This document shows, one piece after another, positions 38,738 through 52,800 of a stretch of DNA of 64,000 nucleotides. The notes beneath the pieces were generated by a model. It had not been told where the DNA came from, did no database searches, and saw only the letters and a program-made list of their open reading frames with translations. Numbering within the stretch: the stretch's first letter is position 1; each line of letters opens with the position of its first letter. Source of the DNA: Chrysomallon squamiferum (taxonomy: Eukaryota > Animalia > Mollusca); contig CM022672.1 of assembly GCA_012295275.1 (NCBI GenBank), positions 6,448,001-6,512,000 on the forward strand. Direction: 5' to 3'. Both the position numbers and the translations under genes were made by a program.

Positions 38738-39889
38738 GGTAATCTCTCCTCCCCTCTTACTCAAATTTATTTACTCCATTTCTGTGATCATTTCAGCCAT
38801 ACTGTCACACAGACCCTCGCGGGTTCTCGTTCAGGTTACGACCGAGAAATGGATTGACGTCATCAATTATTAAGAAATACTATCAACTGTACAACCGCTG
38901 ATAGTTTATCAATGACATCTTATAGAAAGTATATCAGATAAGACCGGTGTGATTTTAATTTATGTCATCAGATGTTTTAATGTTCTATTAAATGTGCTTA
39001 TTTTGTTACGAATTTTTGTGTATGTATATTAGATATTTATTGTAAAAAAATATTGTAAGAAAAAATATTAAATAAACTGAAACATAAAAGAAAGATAAAT
39101 GAATAAACAAAATGAATTGAAAACGAAATTTAGAATATTGATACCTAAGCATTCAGCCGGCAACTTTGGACCATAGGTGGACAGGATTTCTGAACTTATC
39201 AGATTTCTTAAAAATATAAAATGTATAGTGAAAAATAAAGAATAAAGTTGTATTTAACAGATACAAATTAATACACTTAAAATTGTTGAAATACGTGTAT
39301 AGAATACGCTTTTCACTAGCTAATTGCATTTCTTATAGTCCTGTAGACATGAAGATATATGAAAATGAGGATAAACTGAAACAAATAATCATTTATTGAG
39401 AGATGATCACTTGTACAAAGTAAGTCTAATTCAAAAGAAGTCAGTTTCGAAAACAGCCCGTTTTCAGGATTTTTCGGATTTGTGGAAGCAGGTTAAATAG
39501 TTCAGTACATGTAATATCTTTTGAGATATAAAACACTATTTTCTGTGACTTTTGTAATTTCGCACTCATATTAATTATGTATGTAATTATAACGTAGATC
39601 TGACAGCACAGCACCTACCACAATACACACATAACTGACATTAACACTACAGATATGAAAATACCAAAAAATAAATATGATTTAATGGTAGGTAGTAGCA
39701 CCTAACAAAAAACTTATATTATTTATATAATCAATAAAACAGTCCAAAAATAACGTTAGTGTTATTATCAAACAAATGACGTCAGTTTGTAAAATTGAAA
39801 TAAAGTTACTGATAGGAATATAGTATCAAGGGTTCTCGTGACGTCACTCGTGGTAAACACGGAAATGACAACAAGCATAGAGTGTGAGT
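38738..39889. promoter_or_regulatory. Divergent (head-to-head) promoter region between NPDC1 and the DOK-like gene
   Basis: Start codons 1152 bp apart in opposite directions; local CpG enrichment; perfect CREs TGACGTCA at 38855-38862, 39777-39784 and 39839-39846; ETS-like CGGAAAT near 39860. Confidence 0.7.
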
Positions 39890-39919
39890 ATGGAGGATCA
39901 CGATGGAGTTATCTTCGAG
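39890..39919 (+). CDS. DOK-like exon 1 ([10 protein letters not shown])
   Basis: agtATGg start; GAG|gtcagt donor, phase 0; supplies PH strand 1 (VIFEDHLYK). Confidence 0.72.
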
Positions 39920-40543
39920 GTCAGTATGTTTTATCGTAAATATTAGCACTCTGTAATATGTAGTGACGACAAAAACTAACAGAACACCTAAACTCTTCCT
40001 TGGTTACTACATAAATATAATTTAACACAATGTCCTTTTGTTCAAATTTATTAACGGTATCACTTGTTTGTTGCTAACTTTGACAAGCAGCTTACTATGA
40101 ATCTATGTGTTAACCTCCGCGGATACCTGTTAGATAATCCAAGGTGGCTCTGGCTTTTTGCCACAGGCCAGAGAGGACCGTTTTTTATTTTCTAAAACTA
40201 ACATCTTTTGATATTTATTATTTATTTTTACCAATTATTAATAACTGTTTTATTTGTTAATTATTACCTTTTTAATCGTCTTTTTTTTCACTTTAACTTT
40301 GTAACTAATTGATGACATACGTATTCCAGTACCTACAGAATTACTCATTTTCTGATTCATTGTTTAACTCATTTGTTGGCACAGTATTGTCTTCACCTAG
40401 TTGTTTGCTAACAAAATTATGATTCTAATGAAGATACATTTCTTTTATTTATTTATATATTTATTTGTTGTTGTTTATTTATTTTTATTTTTATTTGTTT
40501 ATTTATTTTTTTTGTTTATTTATTTTTATTTTTATTTATTATT

Positions 40544-40574
<31 letters not shown>

Positions 40575-41566
40575 TTATATTTACTTTGTATTTATAGTTT
40601 TAATGGTATTTTATTAATACAATTTGATATTTGCTCCCTTGGTACAGTTATGATTATTTATTTATTTATTTATTTTTTTATTATTATTATTTTTATTATT
40701 ATTATTATTTTTTTGTATTTATTATCTGAAACATACATATTTTTCTTTCTCTTTGAACATTCAGAGATGTACATATTAAACATTTATTTAATTGAAATTT
40801 TTTTTTTTACATTTTTATTTCAGGATCACCTTTACAAACAGAGTGGTGTTAAACATGGAAAGGCATCACTGATAAAAAATGCTCGCTGGAAACTCAAATA
40901 TTTCATTCTGAGAAAGTCAGGTGAACAGCCTGTGTTGGAATATTACAATAAAAAGCCAAAGTCAAAACATGCAAAACCAAAAGGTAAGTTCCAGATTGTG
41001 AGGAGTCTCTACTTGATTGAAGTATGACACACACAGAGACACAGACATACATACACACGGACACACACATGTATGTATGTGTAGTAAAGAGTGCATGAGC
41101 AAATTCTTTATTGGTATTTACAAAGACAGGACATGGAATATAATGGAAACAAATCTTTTTTTTCTCATTTCATCATATGGGATTTTTATATATATTTTTT
41201 TTTAAGGAAACCCTAATAAATGTCAGTATTAAAATATGCTGAGATGTCTTCAAAGAAATGTATTTATTCCGTGATTGATCTTTAATGCCCTATCTTTTTA
41301 ATTTTTTTTAATTTTTTTATTTTATAATTGATGGAGGTGAGTCAATTAAATTATTAGTAATGCTTTAAAAGAAAAAATAATGTTTATTGCAGCATTAAAG
41401 AATTTTATAAGCATTTGACTGGTTATTTTTGACCTGTAGTTTTTTAAATTGTTATTAAGAGTTCTGGTATTTAAAAATATTGGATCTAATAATTCTCTCT
41501 CTCTCCCTCTTTCTCTTTTAATTTAATTTAATTAATTAATTAATTTATTTATTAATTAAAATAATG

Positions 41567-41601
<35 letters not shown>

Positions 41602-42341
41602 GTATATATATCCATATAAATTTAATATATTATTTTAAATTTTTTTTTTAAATAATTTTCTTTTTTTGGGTTAGATTTTAAGTGTTCTTCAAATAATGAC
41701 TTTTAACAACCTGTATTGAAACACTGGCTTAAAAGTTTAAAAAAAAAAAAAAAAAAAAAAATTATAACAACAACAGAACAACAAATAACAAGCAAACTAA
41801 GATACGTGTCAACTCACAAAATAATTATTTGCAAAGCCTGTCAGATCAATAAAATAAAAAAACGACACAAAAGAAAATAAACAGTGAGAGCTTGCTAATT
41901 AAACAACAATGGCTGACATGAACAGTGGAAACTTGTGACAACACAAGTTGTTAAGTTATCTTTTATTTACATAAATCTCTGTGCATTATGTAGCATGCTG
42001 AAAAGCAAGTGTGCATGAAACTGATTTCAAGATATTATTTTTTAGGTAATGTTTATAAGTATTGAAAATGATGGCTGATTTGATCCTTACAAACCTGTTG
42101 TTTGTAAAAGGCATATTCCAGCCATTAGACAAGATATCTAAGGCCTAACCATTTAATTATAGTATTGAAATCAAATGTATTAATATGTTTAAATATTTTC
42201 AAGATCACTTTTCAATTACAGTTAATAAAAAATAGAAAAGAAATTAAGAATAAAGCCAGTAACAGATTTGACAGTTTTCCTTCTAGTCTGCAAAAAATAG
42301 AATTTGTTTTACAAATTCCTCTCCCCTTTCCTAAAACAAAA

Positions 42342-42372
<31 letters not shown>

Positions 42373-43988
42373 AATTCTTGGCATTGTCAAAATGAGACTT
42401 TCACAAACCTAAAATCTTTAGAGTTTTAGCAAAGTAATTAGAGAATGTGTAGTGAATCTCATAAAGTTCTTACTGATCCTGTACCCAGTATTGGAGATCT
42501 CCTACTTCTGTTGTAATTAAAATTTTGGCCAACCTTGGTTGTTAATAAGCTAATTACAAAATGGCCCAAAGCCAAGAAATACAATAATAATAAAAAAAGG
42601 TGTTGACATTCATAATCCAACAGCATCAAAAAGGTAATTGAGTAAAATGGTGAAAGCTAAAAATAAACATATTTTTATTAAAATGTTCAAAGATTAAGAT
42701 AGGTTTCTGAATAAAGGTGAATATTCATAAATATTCCAATTATCTGTAAAAAACCTCCCCAAAAAACCCCACACATATTTAGTGTCATTTAATAAAGATT
42801 TAATGTTCCAGAATGTTGTCATTTAATTATACTGTACAACAGAAGTGTTTAAATGGCATCTAGTGAAGCAGAATAATTGCTGAAGATAATGCAACTGATA
42901 CATGTGTAATGCCTAGAACTGGCAAAAAAAAACCTCTGGTCTAAATATTTCTCAAATTTCTGTACATGTTTGTAACACCTTCCGACAGCAATCCAGTTAG
43001 CCATGGACCACTTGTTACAACAAACATAGGATAACGATCTTACAAGGCGTGGTGAATGTGGGCAGGGAGGGGGGAATATGTGGTAGTCTGATTGCAACAG
43101 GGAAAACAACAGTGGTGTAAAATGTGACAGCACAGTGGTAGAAGAATGTAGGGTTAGAGTGTTAGGCAGAATCTTGTATTAAACTGTTAGAGAGAAGGCT
43201 GTATGTTAGAGACTAAGGTGGGGAAAGGATAAATACAATCAGAAAACACTATTGTTGTGTGGTGTAAGCTGTAGCAAGTAGCTGTTTACAGTGTGTGAAT
43301 GGTATGCATACAAAATGTCATACTGATATCTTTTAGGCGCATTTGTTGTTTGAAGAAAATAAAAAGGTCTGTTTGTTTAATTGAAGTGCTTGTAAATAAT
43401 TCATTAAGGATATTTCATAAAGACTGATTAACTTGCATTTAAATTTAATAAAACAGTCTGATACTATCACAGTTAATTTTTTTCTCTTTTTCTAATGTAT
43501 TTGTATGTTTATGTGTGTATGTGTAAATGTCCATGCAGTCATATGTATACACACATAACACACTCATATACATACTCCACATGCATACATAACACACATT
43601 CATATATTCATTTACACACACACATACACACATATATATAGACATATATACAAACATACATACATACATACATACATATATACAAACATACATACATACA
43701 TACATACATACATATCTACATGTACACATATACATACTTTTCTACACGTACACACAAAATGTACATACACACGCAAACATAAATCAGTGAGAGAATAATA
43801 GTTACATAATCCTGATATATTTCAGATTGTGAACACAATAAATAACAAATGTTGCATGTTAGACATTCTTTTTGTTCTGCTTGGCTTGTCCTCATATCAT
43901 ATCTGTAACAGCTGTATTACGTAATCAGTTTTTAAGTCATCATTGCCATTATTTATTGGTTTGTCTATATAAAACCTTTCTTAAAACA

Positions 43989-44019
<31 letters not shown>

Positions 44020-45649
44020 AAATAATAAAATTAAAAGAAAAGTTGTACAGATTAAAACAAATTCAAATATATATTTATTTAGTTAGTTTTTAAAATAGTT
44101 TGAATGTGTATGTAAATAACTCATTATTAAATGCTTTAATTTATTATAAAACAGTTTAATCTTTTTTCAATTTTTTTTACTAAAAAGAAAGAGAGAGATT
44201 ACTTGGAAGAGAAAGTTAATAATATATAAATAACTGACATTTTGAAATGCTTGTGTATCTATTATTGTGCTGCTTTTGTATATCTACTTTCAAGCATTAG
44301 CATTAATGTTGAAAAAGAAATGAAAGAAAATAAAAGCATCTTGTTTTTGACAAGCTGAATTGGTTTTTCATATATATATATTTTTTTTTTGTAAGACAGA
44401 ATAAATAACTGACAAACAACAGACGTTTTCAGCTATGACAGTAATGCATCCCAGTAATGGAATATATCTGTCAGGTGTAGTGGGTCATGAGTTCAATCCC
44501 TGAATCAGACAGTTTTCTTTTCCTGCCATTTGGTTTACGTTATCTGTTAGGCATGTTTTTTTTTCTTCTTTTTTTCCCCTCTTCTAGCAGGTGAAGTGAT
44601 GAGGTGGTGTGAAAGTCAGAGGAAGTGCAAAGCAAAGTCTGGTTTCTTCAAATTAAATTTCTTTTGTTCCCATCAGAGCAGGTGTTTTCATTGTGGAGTG
44701 TTAGATATTTACATACTCACATGATGTAATTACCAATGATTTAAACAGTGTGCAGGTTGATTTAATTAATTCTCTGGCAGCTGTCAGTTTTAATACAGGT
44801 TAAGACTTTTAGCCAGCTGCTTCTCTTAGTGGATTATTAAACATTTGGGTATAGGAGCTTTTTTGACACTCAATTTCTGGGTGTGGGGGTTATTTTGTTT
44901 TGTTTTTAATACTGATACTTAACAGTGATAGCATTAATTAGTTTGCATAGTGTTTCTTTCTTTATTTATTATTATTAATATTATTATTATTTTGTTGTTA
45001 TATTATTTGTTTTATTATTATTATTATTTTTTTTTTCACTTTATGTTTATAATATTATGAATACAATTCTGATATTTGCTTTTTGCTAAAATAGATTATT
45101 ATTATTATAGGGAATGTTTTTTTTTTCAATCCTTTATGTTTTAACAGTGTTAGCACATTCATTATTTTACAAAAAAGTGTTTGTTTAAGGAATGTCACAA
45201 AACATACTGGACTACTGAAAAGATGACATCAGTTTTTATTATTATTATTATTATTTATTTTTTATTTTTTAATACTGATGCTTAAAAGTGTTAGTACATT
45301 CTTTAGTCACTCATTATTTAGGAAATGATATGGAACTGAAAAATATGCCTGGATTCAAACTGATCAGCTGTATCTTGTTGCTGTTATGCAAGATTTACAT
45401 AACTGATATGATTGAACAACCACACATGTTGAAATTCTTTTATTTAGTTCTTCAAAACAAAATATTTAACAGTGAAGTTCCATCATCTTCACTGGATAAT
45501 AAAAACCTGTTACATCTAGTATGTTAAATTCAGATATTGTCATGTATAATTCTGAACTTGAACATTTTGAAAGCAAGACAACATTTGATGTATTTGATCA
45601 ATTTGTTATAATTTTTTCTGTTCATTAATCATGTCTTGACATCATAGAT

Positions 45650-45712
<63 letters not shown>

Positions 45713-48700
45713 ACACACACATGCACACAAATATACTTCCACACTTTTTTCTTAGTTTTCATGCTTATCAATTTTTAATACTAATAAAGTATGTGTGTCA
45801 GTTTACAGATGTGTACAAGTTGTATGAAGCAGATGGCCAGTATAATTTATGTACTGAATGGTCCACTTTGTGAACCTATACATTCTCATTCATGTAATTA
45901 TTTAATTCTTGTGAGCTGTAGGCACCTTGCCTGACAGGAAACTGTTACCCCACCTTACATATGACAGTCTGGGAAGTTCGTTAGCTTTGATAATAAAATA
46001 TCACAGCTAAACATTCACCACTGTATGGTTCAGATGTTTCAAAATAACCAAATAGTGTGTGCTTTAAAGTATTCTAACTTGTAAACATCTTGTCTGGACA
46101 TTAAAAATAATTAAAATTTATTTAATTATATCAAAATGTATGTTTAAAAAATTGATGGTTAAAGTTCTGAGTTTTTAAATGAACAAACTATATAGATTGT
46201 TTTTATATCAGTTGTCAATGTGTTAAAACTGTTAGTAATTAAAGTTTTATTTTGAGTTTCATAATGAACATTCTAAAAATGTTTGTACACAGATGTATGT
46301 TAAAAATATTAATTAAATTATCCCATTAAGTTAATAAAATGTTGTTGTTTTTTTATTGGTTAATTGCTTGTTAAAAATATTAATCAAATTATGCTGTTTA
46401 ATTTCATATATTATCTGAAATATGCTCTTATCTGCTAAAAATTTAAATACTGTATTCAACTTGTTAACTAATGGAACATCTTAAATATGTTTATATCTAT
46501 AAAAAAATTTGAAACATTGTGTTAACTTGAGGATTCATCTAATATATCCTCTTATCAGTTAAAAGTTCAAGTACTGTGTCAAGTTTCTTAAGTGATGAAT
46601 TGCCTCAAAAGTGCTTATATCCGTTAAAAATTTAAAACATTGTTTGCAATTTCTTAATTAACGAACTTTTTAAAATTGTTAATTTAAGGATCAATCTCAT
46701 ATATTCCCATAGCTGTTAAAAAATTTAAAATGTGTTTTCTTAATGAACCATCTTGAATTTTCTTTTATTTGTTAAAAGTTTAAAATATCATGTTCAGTTT
46801 CCTAATGAATGAACCAACTTAAAAGTATTTATATCTTTTATATCTGCTAATATTTTTGAATACTGTTTGAATTTCCTAAATTAGGAACTGTTTGAAATGT
46901 TGCTTAAAACTACTAAAAGTTAAAGTAGTGTGCTGAATTGTTAAACTTAATTAACTTTTGAGCTGGATTTTTACTCTTACTCACATACTGCAGGAGGCTA
47001 GGAGGTGAAAGCAAGGCAGGGTTGTTAATGTGTTGTATAGGAATAGCTGTTTTATGTGCTAATTAGAATTAGCCAGAGAGAGAAAAACTTTTAAAATTAA
47101 TTCTTGATAAGGCAGGTGTTGTAAAACCTGTATCATAAATGTTCCACTAATTAGCAGGTTTCAATATATATATGTATATATTTATATATTTAAACTGAGA
47201 CCTGCTAATTTATACTCCATATATGTAAGCAAATTAAATATATTAATAGTCTCAAATATTTACTGATTTAACCTGTATAAAAATTTAAATGATAGTATTT
47301 TCTGTTTTATGTATTTTTAACTGTCACGCAGGATGTGCAACTTTCTGATTGGCCCACCTAATAAGGAAAATAACGTTTTTTCAAATTTTATAAAATGGGT
47401 CTATTTTGTATCTACTAATATGCTAAAACACATGTGATTTTTTTTTATTATAACAGTTCCTGAAGTAAATGAAAAATTTCTTAAAATAAACTCGCCTCAG
47501 GATGAGCCATGTCTCATGTGGCCCACTTCTCGAAAAAGATTGCACATGCCTGTTATAAATGATAAAAAAAAAAAAAAAAAAATTATTCAGTGGATTTTAA
47601 TATATGAAATGATGTAAAATGTAGTCTAAATATATTTAAATATAAAAATTAAAAGATGGGAAAAAAAATCCCCACAAAACAAAACAAATTTAAATTAAAG
47701 GAGATAAATGATTTCAGAGAATTCAATATTAAAGTGAAATAAATTATTTACAGTTATTTGATAAATGAAAATTGGGTGGAAAGAAAAGCATTTTGAAGTA
47801 ATTAAATGTTTAGGCCTACTTCAAAGAATTTAAAATTAAAACGGAAGGCACAAAAACAAAAATAATTTTTAAAAATTATTAAGAATTATAAATAAATAAC
47901 AATAAAATAAAATAATAAAATAAATTAATTTATTATTTAGAATGAAACATTCTCAAATATTTAAATTTAAAAAAAAATTAAAAAAAAAAAAAAAAATTAA
48001 TTATTAAACAAAAAGAACAACAAAAAAACCTCAAATATTTGAACTTAAAAAAAAGATTGTAAAGAATTTCAAACATCTTTGTTAATTGTCCTGCAAAGCT
48101 TTGTCACAGCAGGCTCTGATAAGAATGTTTTGCCAGTGTAGTGACTAGCTGAGCCTGGGGATGATTACATCTTCTCCTGTTACAGGGAGGTACAGGTACC
48201 TGACTGACGTAAAGGTCATTTCGTGACTTTTTATGTGGTATTTCAGGAAATTTTCTCCAGTGATTTCTTTGTTGTTGCTTGTAATTAAATCATCAGCATG
48301 AAAAAAACTTTACTGCTGAATAAACATACATTAAAAGTGATGATAATGTTGTTTTTGTTGTTTTTTTTGTTTTTAATTATTAATTTTTTTAACAAACATG
48401 TTTTCAAAAATGACAAAAATGTATACAGGAATGTTAACATATGTTCAGTGGGGGTAATGATATTGATTTTAATGGATGAATGTTTTGTGTAATGTCTGAA
48501 AAAAAAGAAAAGAAGATTGATGCAGATAATGGAAATTAAGGTTTTGTTAATGGGCACTTAAAACATACAAATTTAAAAGCTTAACAATAGGATGTAATAA
48601 AAAAGACTATGTTAAAATTGTGTTATTGTTTTTTTCTTTATGAATAAATACTGTAATAAATGTAAATGAATTCTAAAATTATAATATGGTTAATATTAAT

Positions 48701-48783
48701 TGTATGTATGTATGTATATGTGTATTTGTAATGGATATGTCTCTGTGTGTGTCTGTGCATGTATGTATGTATATATGCAAATA

Positions 48784-48815
<32 letters not shown>

Positions 48816-49771
48816 CTTATGTATGCATGTATGTATGTATGTATGTATGTATGTATGTATGTATGTATGTATGTATGTGTTTATACAATGAAAATAATTA
48901 TTACCATAACTTCCTGTCTTGTTAATTTGCCAAGACATTACTCACTTCATAATTCTAAAGATAGTTTTTAGGGCTCTTAATTACAAATAAACATTTAACA
49001 CAGTGTTTACAAAACAAGCACTGTGATTATTTTTACTGTTTAATGCGTCATTATGACTAAAGCTAGATAATATTTCTAGTTAAATGTGAGAAGACAGGAC
49101 TAAGGAAACAAACTCAAAACTATCTGCGTCGTCCCTTGCATCACAGTGACATAAGTAAATTTATTGTTTTTCTATCTCTAATATTTCCTGCTGTCAAGCT
49201 GTACACTAATTCCGAGAATTTCTCAAACCAGGATACTGAGGGTTTTAACAGATTTGAAGAATAAACGTATAAAACAGTAGAATAATAATTAGTTCATTGT
49301 AAAAGCAGCTCATAAACAATTATAATAGTTTCAGGTTAATTGGTGTGGGCCTGTATCATGTTTTGGCCCAACCAAAGTTTTCCTGTTTATAAGTTACATG
49401 TCATTGTGTTTGTTGTTTGCTGTCATTCATGCATACCATGTTTTCCACTTCTTAATGTTTATTATACATATATCCAATGACCTTGTGTCATTCTAAATAG
49501 GTTTTATTGTGATTATTTCTGTGCTTTGGAGATCTGCTCGTTATCTTAAGTTTTATGTAGCACAGCAGCATGCCTGCATGCATAATGTGTTATTGCAATG
49601 CATAATGTGTTATTGCAATGCATAATGTGTTATTGCAATGCATAATGTGTTATTGCAATGCATAATAATTGGTAGACGAATCTGTTGAAAATATTCTTTT
49701 CAATGTTGCAATAAAAAATTATTTTATTGTAATTTAAATGAATTTGTATATATAATTTATGTGTGTGTGTT

Positions 49772-49808
<37 letters not shown>

Positions 49809-52800
49809 TAAATTAGAAATTCATAGAAAATATTTCCTGTGCCTATAATTTAATAAAAAAAAGTTACTTCATACATTAAACCAGCAGTTATTTTTGGTGT
49901 TATGTTTATTATTATTATTATTGTTATTGTTATTGTTATTGTTATTGTCATTGTGTAATGCAAATTAGATAAATATATAGAAAATTATTTCTAAACACAT
50001 GATATTGTAATATATATATGGATGGCTAGATAATATATTGTAAATTAGAATAACTTATGGAAAATAATTCTGTATACATTAGAAAAAAAAAGAATGTTGC
50101 ATAATATTGTAATGTATTGTAAATAAGATTAATTTGTTGGAAATATTGCTTATACATTTAATTTTATAACAAAAAACCTTTTCAATTACAAAATTTTCTT
50201 ATGGATATTATAGTATTATACATAACATACACTGTACTAGATAAATATATTAAAGATATTTCTTTATAGATTATATAATGATTTCTAATAATTTTAGAGA
50301 GTATGCTCTATTAATATTAATGGACATTTATAGTTGATTAATGTAGGTTTAATGGGTACATTCACCAAGGGCAAAACAAAATTTAATGGGAATTTAATTT
50401 TATATATATATATATATTACTAAATTCAAGTTATAATTATTCAGCTAGCTTAGCAATGAGAAGTACAATATGTTCCTTCATAACAGAGACAGAGAGATAA
50501 GAGGACTTGGAAAAACCAGTGAACTAATACTGAACTCCCTACATCATAACGACATTTTAAATAATTCACTGGAATGTTGTTAATTAGTTCTTTGTTCTGC
50601 ATTTCGTGAAACATTCTGAAAAACTGATGCACTTAGTTTCAGTGCTAATTTGGGACATGTAATTTTTTTAAATTTTGTACATTAAACTGACATAATTATT
50701 TTTTGTGTTAATTTGGATAAGCATTTTTTAAAATTAATTAATTTTATTTATTTATTTATTTATCTTTAATTTGTTTTATCGTCATTATCATTATTATTTT
50801 TAATTTATTTATTTATTTATTTATTTGAAAACTGATAAAATTATTTTTGGCATTAATTTGAATATGTGTTTTGCTTATAAATTTAAGAAGAAATCTGTCA
50901 CTCCATATGTAACCAATTACCAGTAAGGAATCTTTAACACATACTTAGTATACATTAAAGAAGCAGTGGGCATATTGGTAAATCATATCCTTATAGTATT
51001 CATCCTGTAGAAACTGTCTGATAATAAACAAGTATATATATATATATTAGAAAAAGAAAAAGAAAACAAAGCAAAACCTGAATGTTTTATATTATACTAT
51101 TATCAAAAATTTACAGATTGGTTTTATTACACAAACAACAGATTCACCTCAGTTCTGGAATTTTGAATCATATTTTTACCAAATTATTAACTATTTCCAA
51201 CTATTACATCATTTAAGCATCTATTTTGCAATTTCATTTTCATACTGTAACATTGTAATTTTATTTCTTACTCTTTTATTTCTTTTTTCAAAGGGAAGAT
51301 TTCACTTTGGCCAGCATACAGAGTGGAGAAAATTGAAGGCACAAAAAATCATGAGTTTGTGTTTAAGATTACAACCACTGAACACCAGATATGTGTGTCA
51401 TCAGATGACCGAAACAAGATGGACATGTATGTCTTCCTTGTACAGTGCCAGGCAAGACTGCTGGAGGAAATCCAAGGTAGATAACTCTATTAATAATAAT
51501 AATAATAATAATAATAACAGTGAAAAGATAAAGACTGCTGGGGTATTTTGAAAAATTATTATTCTGTTTGTTTATTTATTTATTTACTTATGTATGTATT
51601 TATTTAATATTTGTCATCTTCAGAATTTGTGAAACATTTTTAATAAAAATTAATTCGATTTCAGTTCTAATTATTTTATGCAGTCTTAAAGTTTATGTTA
51701 TTATAATAATTATACTTAATTTTGTAGTAAAATATTAATGGGTTAAATTGTAGTTTATTTAATATTTATTATCTGATGAAACAAAATTTTTAAAACTATT
51801 AATATTGTTAACATCTATATTACATATCAGATATATTTATATATTCTATAATAAAAAAAATATATGTGTGAAATGTATCCACTGAAAAAATTCAAACATT
51901 TCTTATGAATAATTTTATTTGCTTAGAAAATATTTTTAAAATTTACTTTTATATAAATTTATTAAATATATAGTTTATACCTTTTTTAACATGTTTTTTT
52001 ATTTTTTATTATTCAGATGGTTTGATTATAGTCTATCCTGAGAACTCACAGGTAGTTAAGAGAATTGGAGGACAGAATACAAAATGTATTCTTCACACCT
52101 CACCCTGGGGCATGTCACTGGCTCTTCAAGTACAGTCTTCTTCTTCTTTTATTTTTTTTTATCTCTTTGATAGAGTTACAAGATCATAATTTTATGTTTC
52201 AAACATTTCATTTTAATTATCACTGAAATATTAGTGATGGAAACACAGTCTGCCTGTTATTTAAAGCATTTATTTTTATTATTTATAAACAGAGGGTGGC
52301 TCCCAAGTAACTGGCAGTGGGTGAATGTGAAATTTCCACTGCTATGCTATTCTGTCACAAAACTAGTTGAAAAATGCTTAAATGTTAATGGTCATCACTT
52401 TGAATATCATTTGCATAAACTCAGAATGCATTAAATACTTTCTAAATCTTACCTAAATCTTTTGAAAAATAAGTACGTATATGTTTTTGTCTGTAGTCAT
52501 ACCTTGCCTGAGTGCTTTATATTAGCTAATAACATTAAATTTTGAATATTATTCTTACCATTTTTAAATTATACAATCCTTGGTATTAATTTCCCTTAGT
52601 AACAGTTTTAAAAAAAACTGGTATTTGTGTTAATGTTTCAGGCAACGCGAAGCATCATTGCTCAGTGGCCAATCAAGAGTATTAGATGTTACGAGAGTTC
52701 AGGCAGAGGTCAGCTGACAATAGAAGCAGGTCGTGTGGCACCTATGGGCGAAGGTGTTTATGTTTTCCAGTGCCAGGCACACGAGGACAATCAGGTGTAC

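Noticed and set aside
40401-40823. Hydrophobic N-terminal part of the 208-aa ORF, resembling a membrane protein
   Set aside because: (TTTA)n/(ATT)n intron sequence; only 40824-40983 is exon.
46548-46570. ctcttatcagttaaaa resembling U2 snRNA stem IIa
   Set aside because: One unit of the local ~60-bp repeat; no branch-pairing GTAGTA or Sm site.
50963-51010. A-box-like gcagtggggcatattggtaaa as a tRNA or SINE start
   Set aside because: No B box or cloverleaf follows.
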